Below are positions 63,854-64,000 of a stretch of 64,000 nucleotides of DNA, piece after piece (positions within the stretch are counted from its first letter, which is position 1; each line of letters starts with the position of its first letter). The notes under the pieces were generated by a model, which worked only from the letters and a program-made list of their open reading frames with translations, ran no database searches and had not been told where the DNA came from. The stretch comes from the human T2T-CHM13v2.0 reference genome, Homo sapiens. The stretch lies in NCBI RefSeq assembly GCF_009914755.1, contig NC_060936.1, one strand, 5' to 3'. Position numbers and translations under genes: made by a program.

Positions 63854-64000
63854 GGCTGGGCACAGTGGTTCATGCCTGTAATCCCAGCACTTTGGAAGGG
63901 CGAGGCAGGCAGATCACCTGAGGTGGGGAGTTCGAGATCAGCCTGACCAACATGGAGAAACCCCATCTCTACTAAAAATACAAAAAATTAGCCAGGTGTG
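63854..64000 (+). mobile_element. AluSp-like (cut by window edge)
   Basis: cagcctgaccaacatggagaaacccc. Confidence 0.93.

Overview
Primate (almost certainly human) AT-rich, repeat-dense genomic DNA holding the 5' end of PIK3C2G (class II PI3-kinase gamma) on the + strand. Three coding exons splice in frame: 54010-54684, 58773-58855 and 62782-62939. The first has 78 nt of 5'UTR from the acceptor at 53932. Candidate non-coding first exons end at consensus donors at 14997, 20029 and 33503. The rest is mostly L1, Alu, LTR (THE1, LTR9-like, MER39-like, MLT1), Charlie1a, L2, MIR and MER5 relics. No novel multi-gene system is supported. The most interesting signals are: (i) a splice-assembled uORF in frame with PIK3C2G that stops 3 nt before the main AUG and depends on which first exon is used; (ii) a coding haplotype that appears to carry Pro129del and Pro146Leu; (iii) clear mutational footprints, including a twin-primed L1, a templated insertion inside an L1, a MIR-containing local duplication, possible Alu-Alu gene conversion and a template-switch palindrome. 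Repeat subfamily names come from recalled consensus motifs, not from an alignment.
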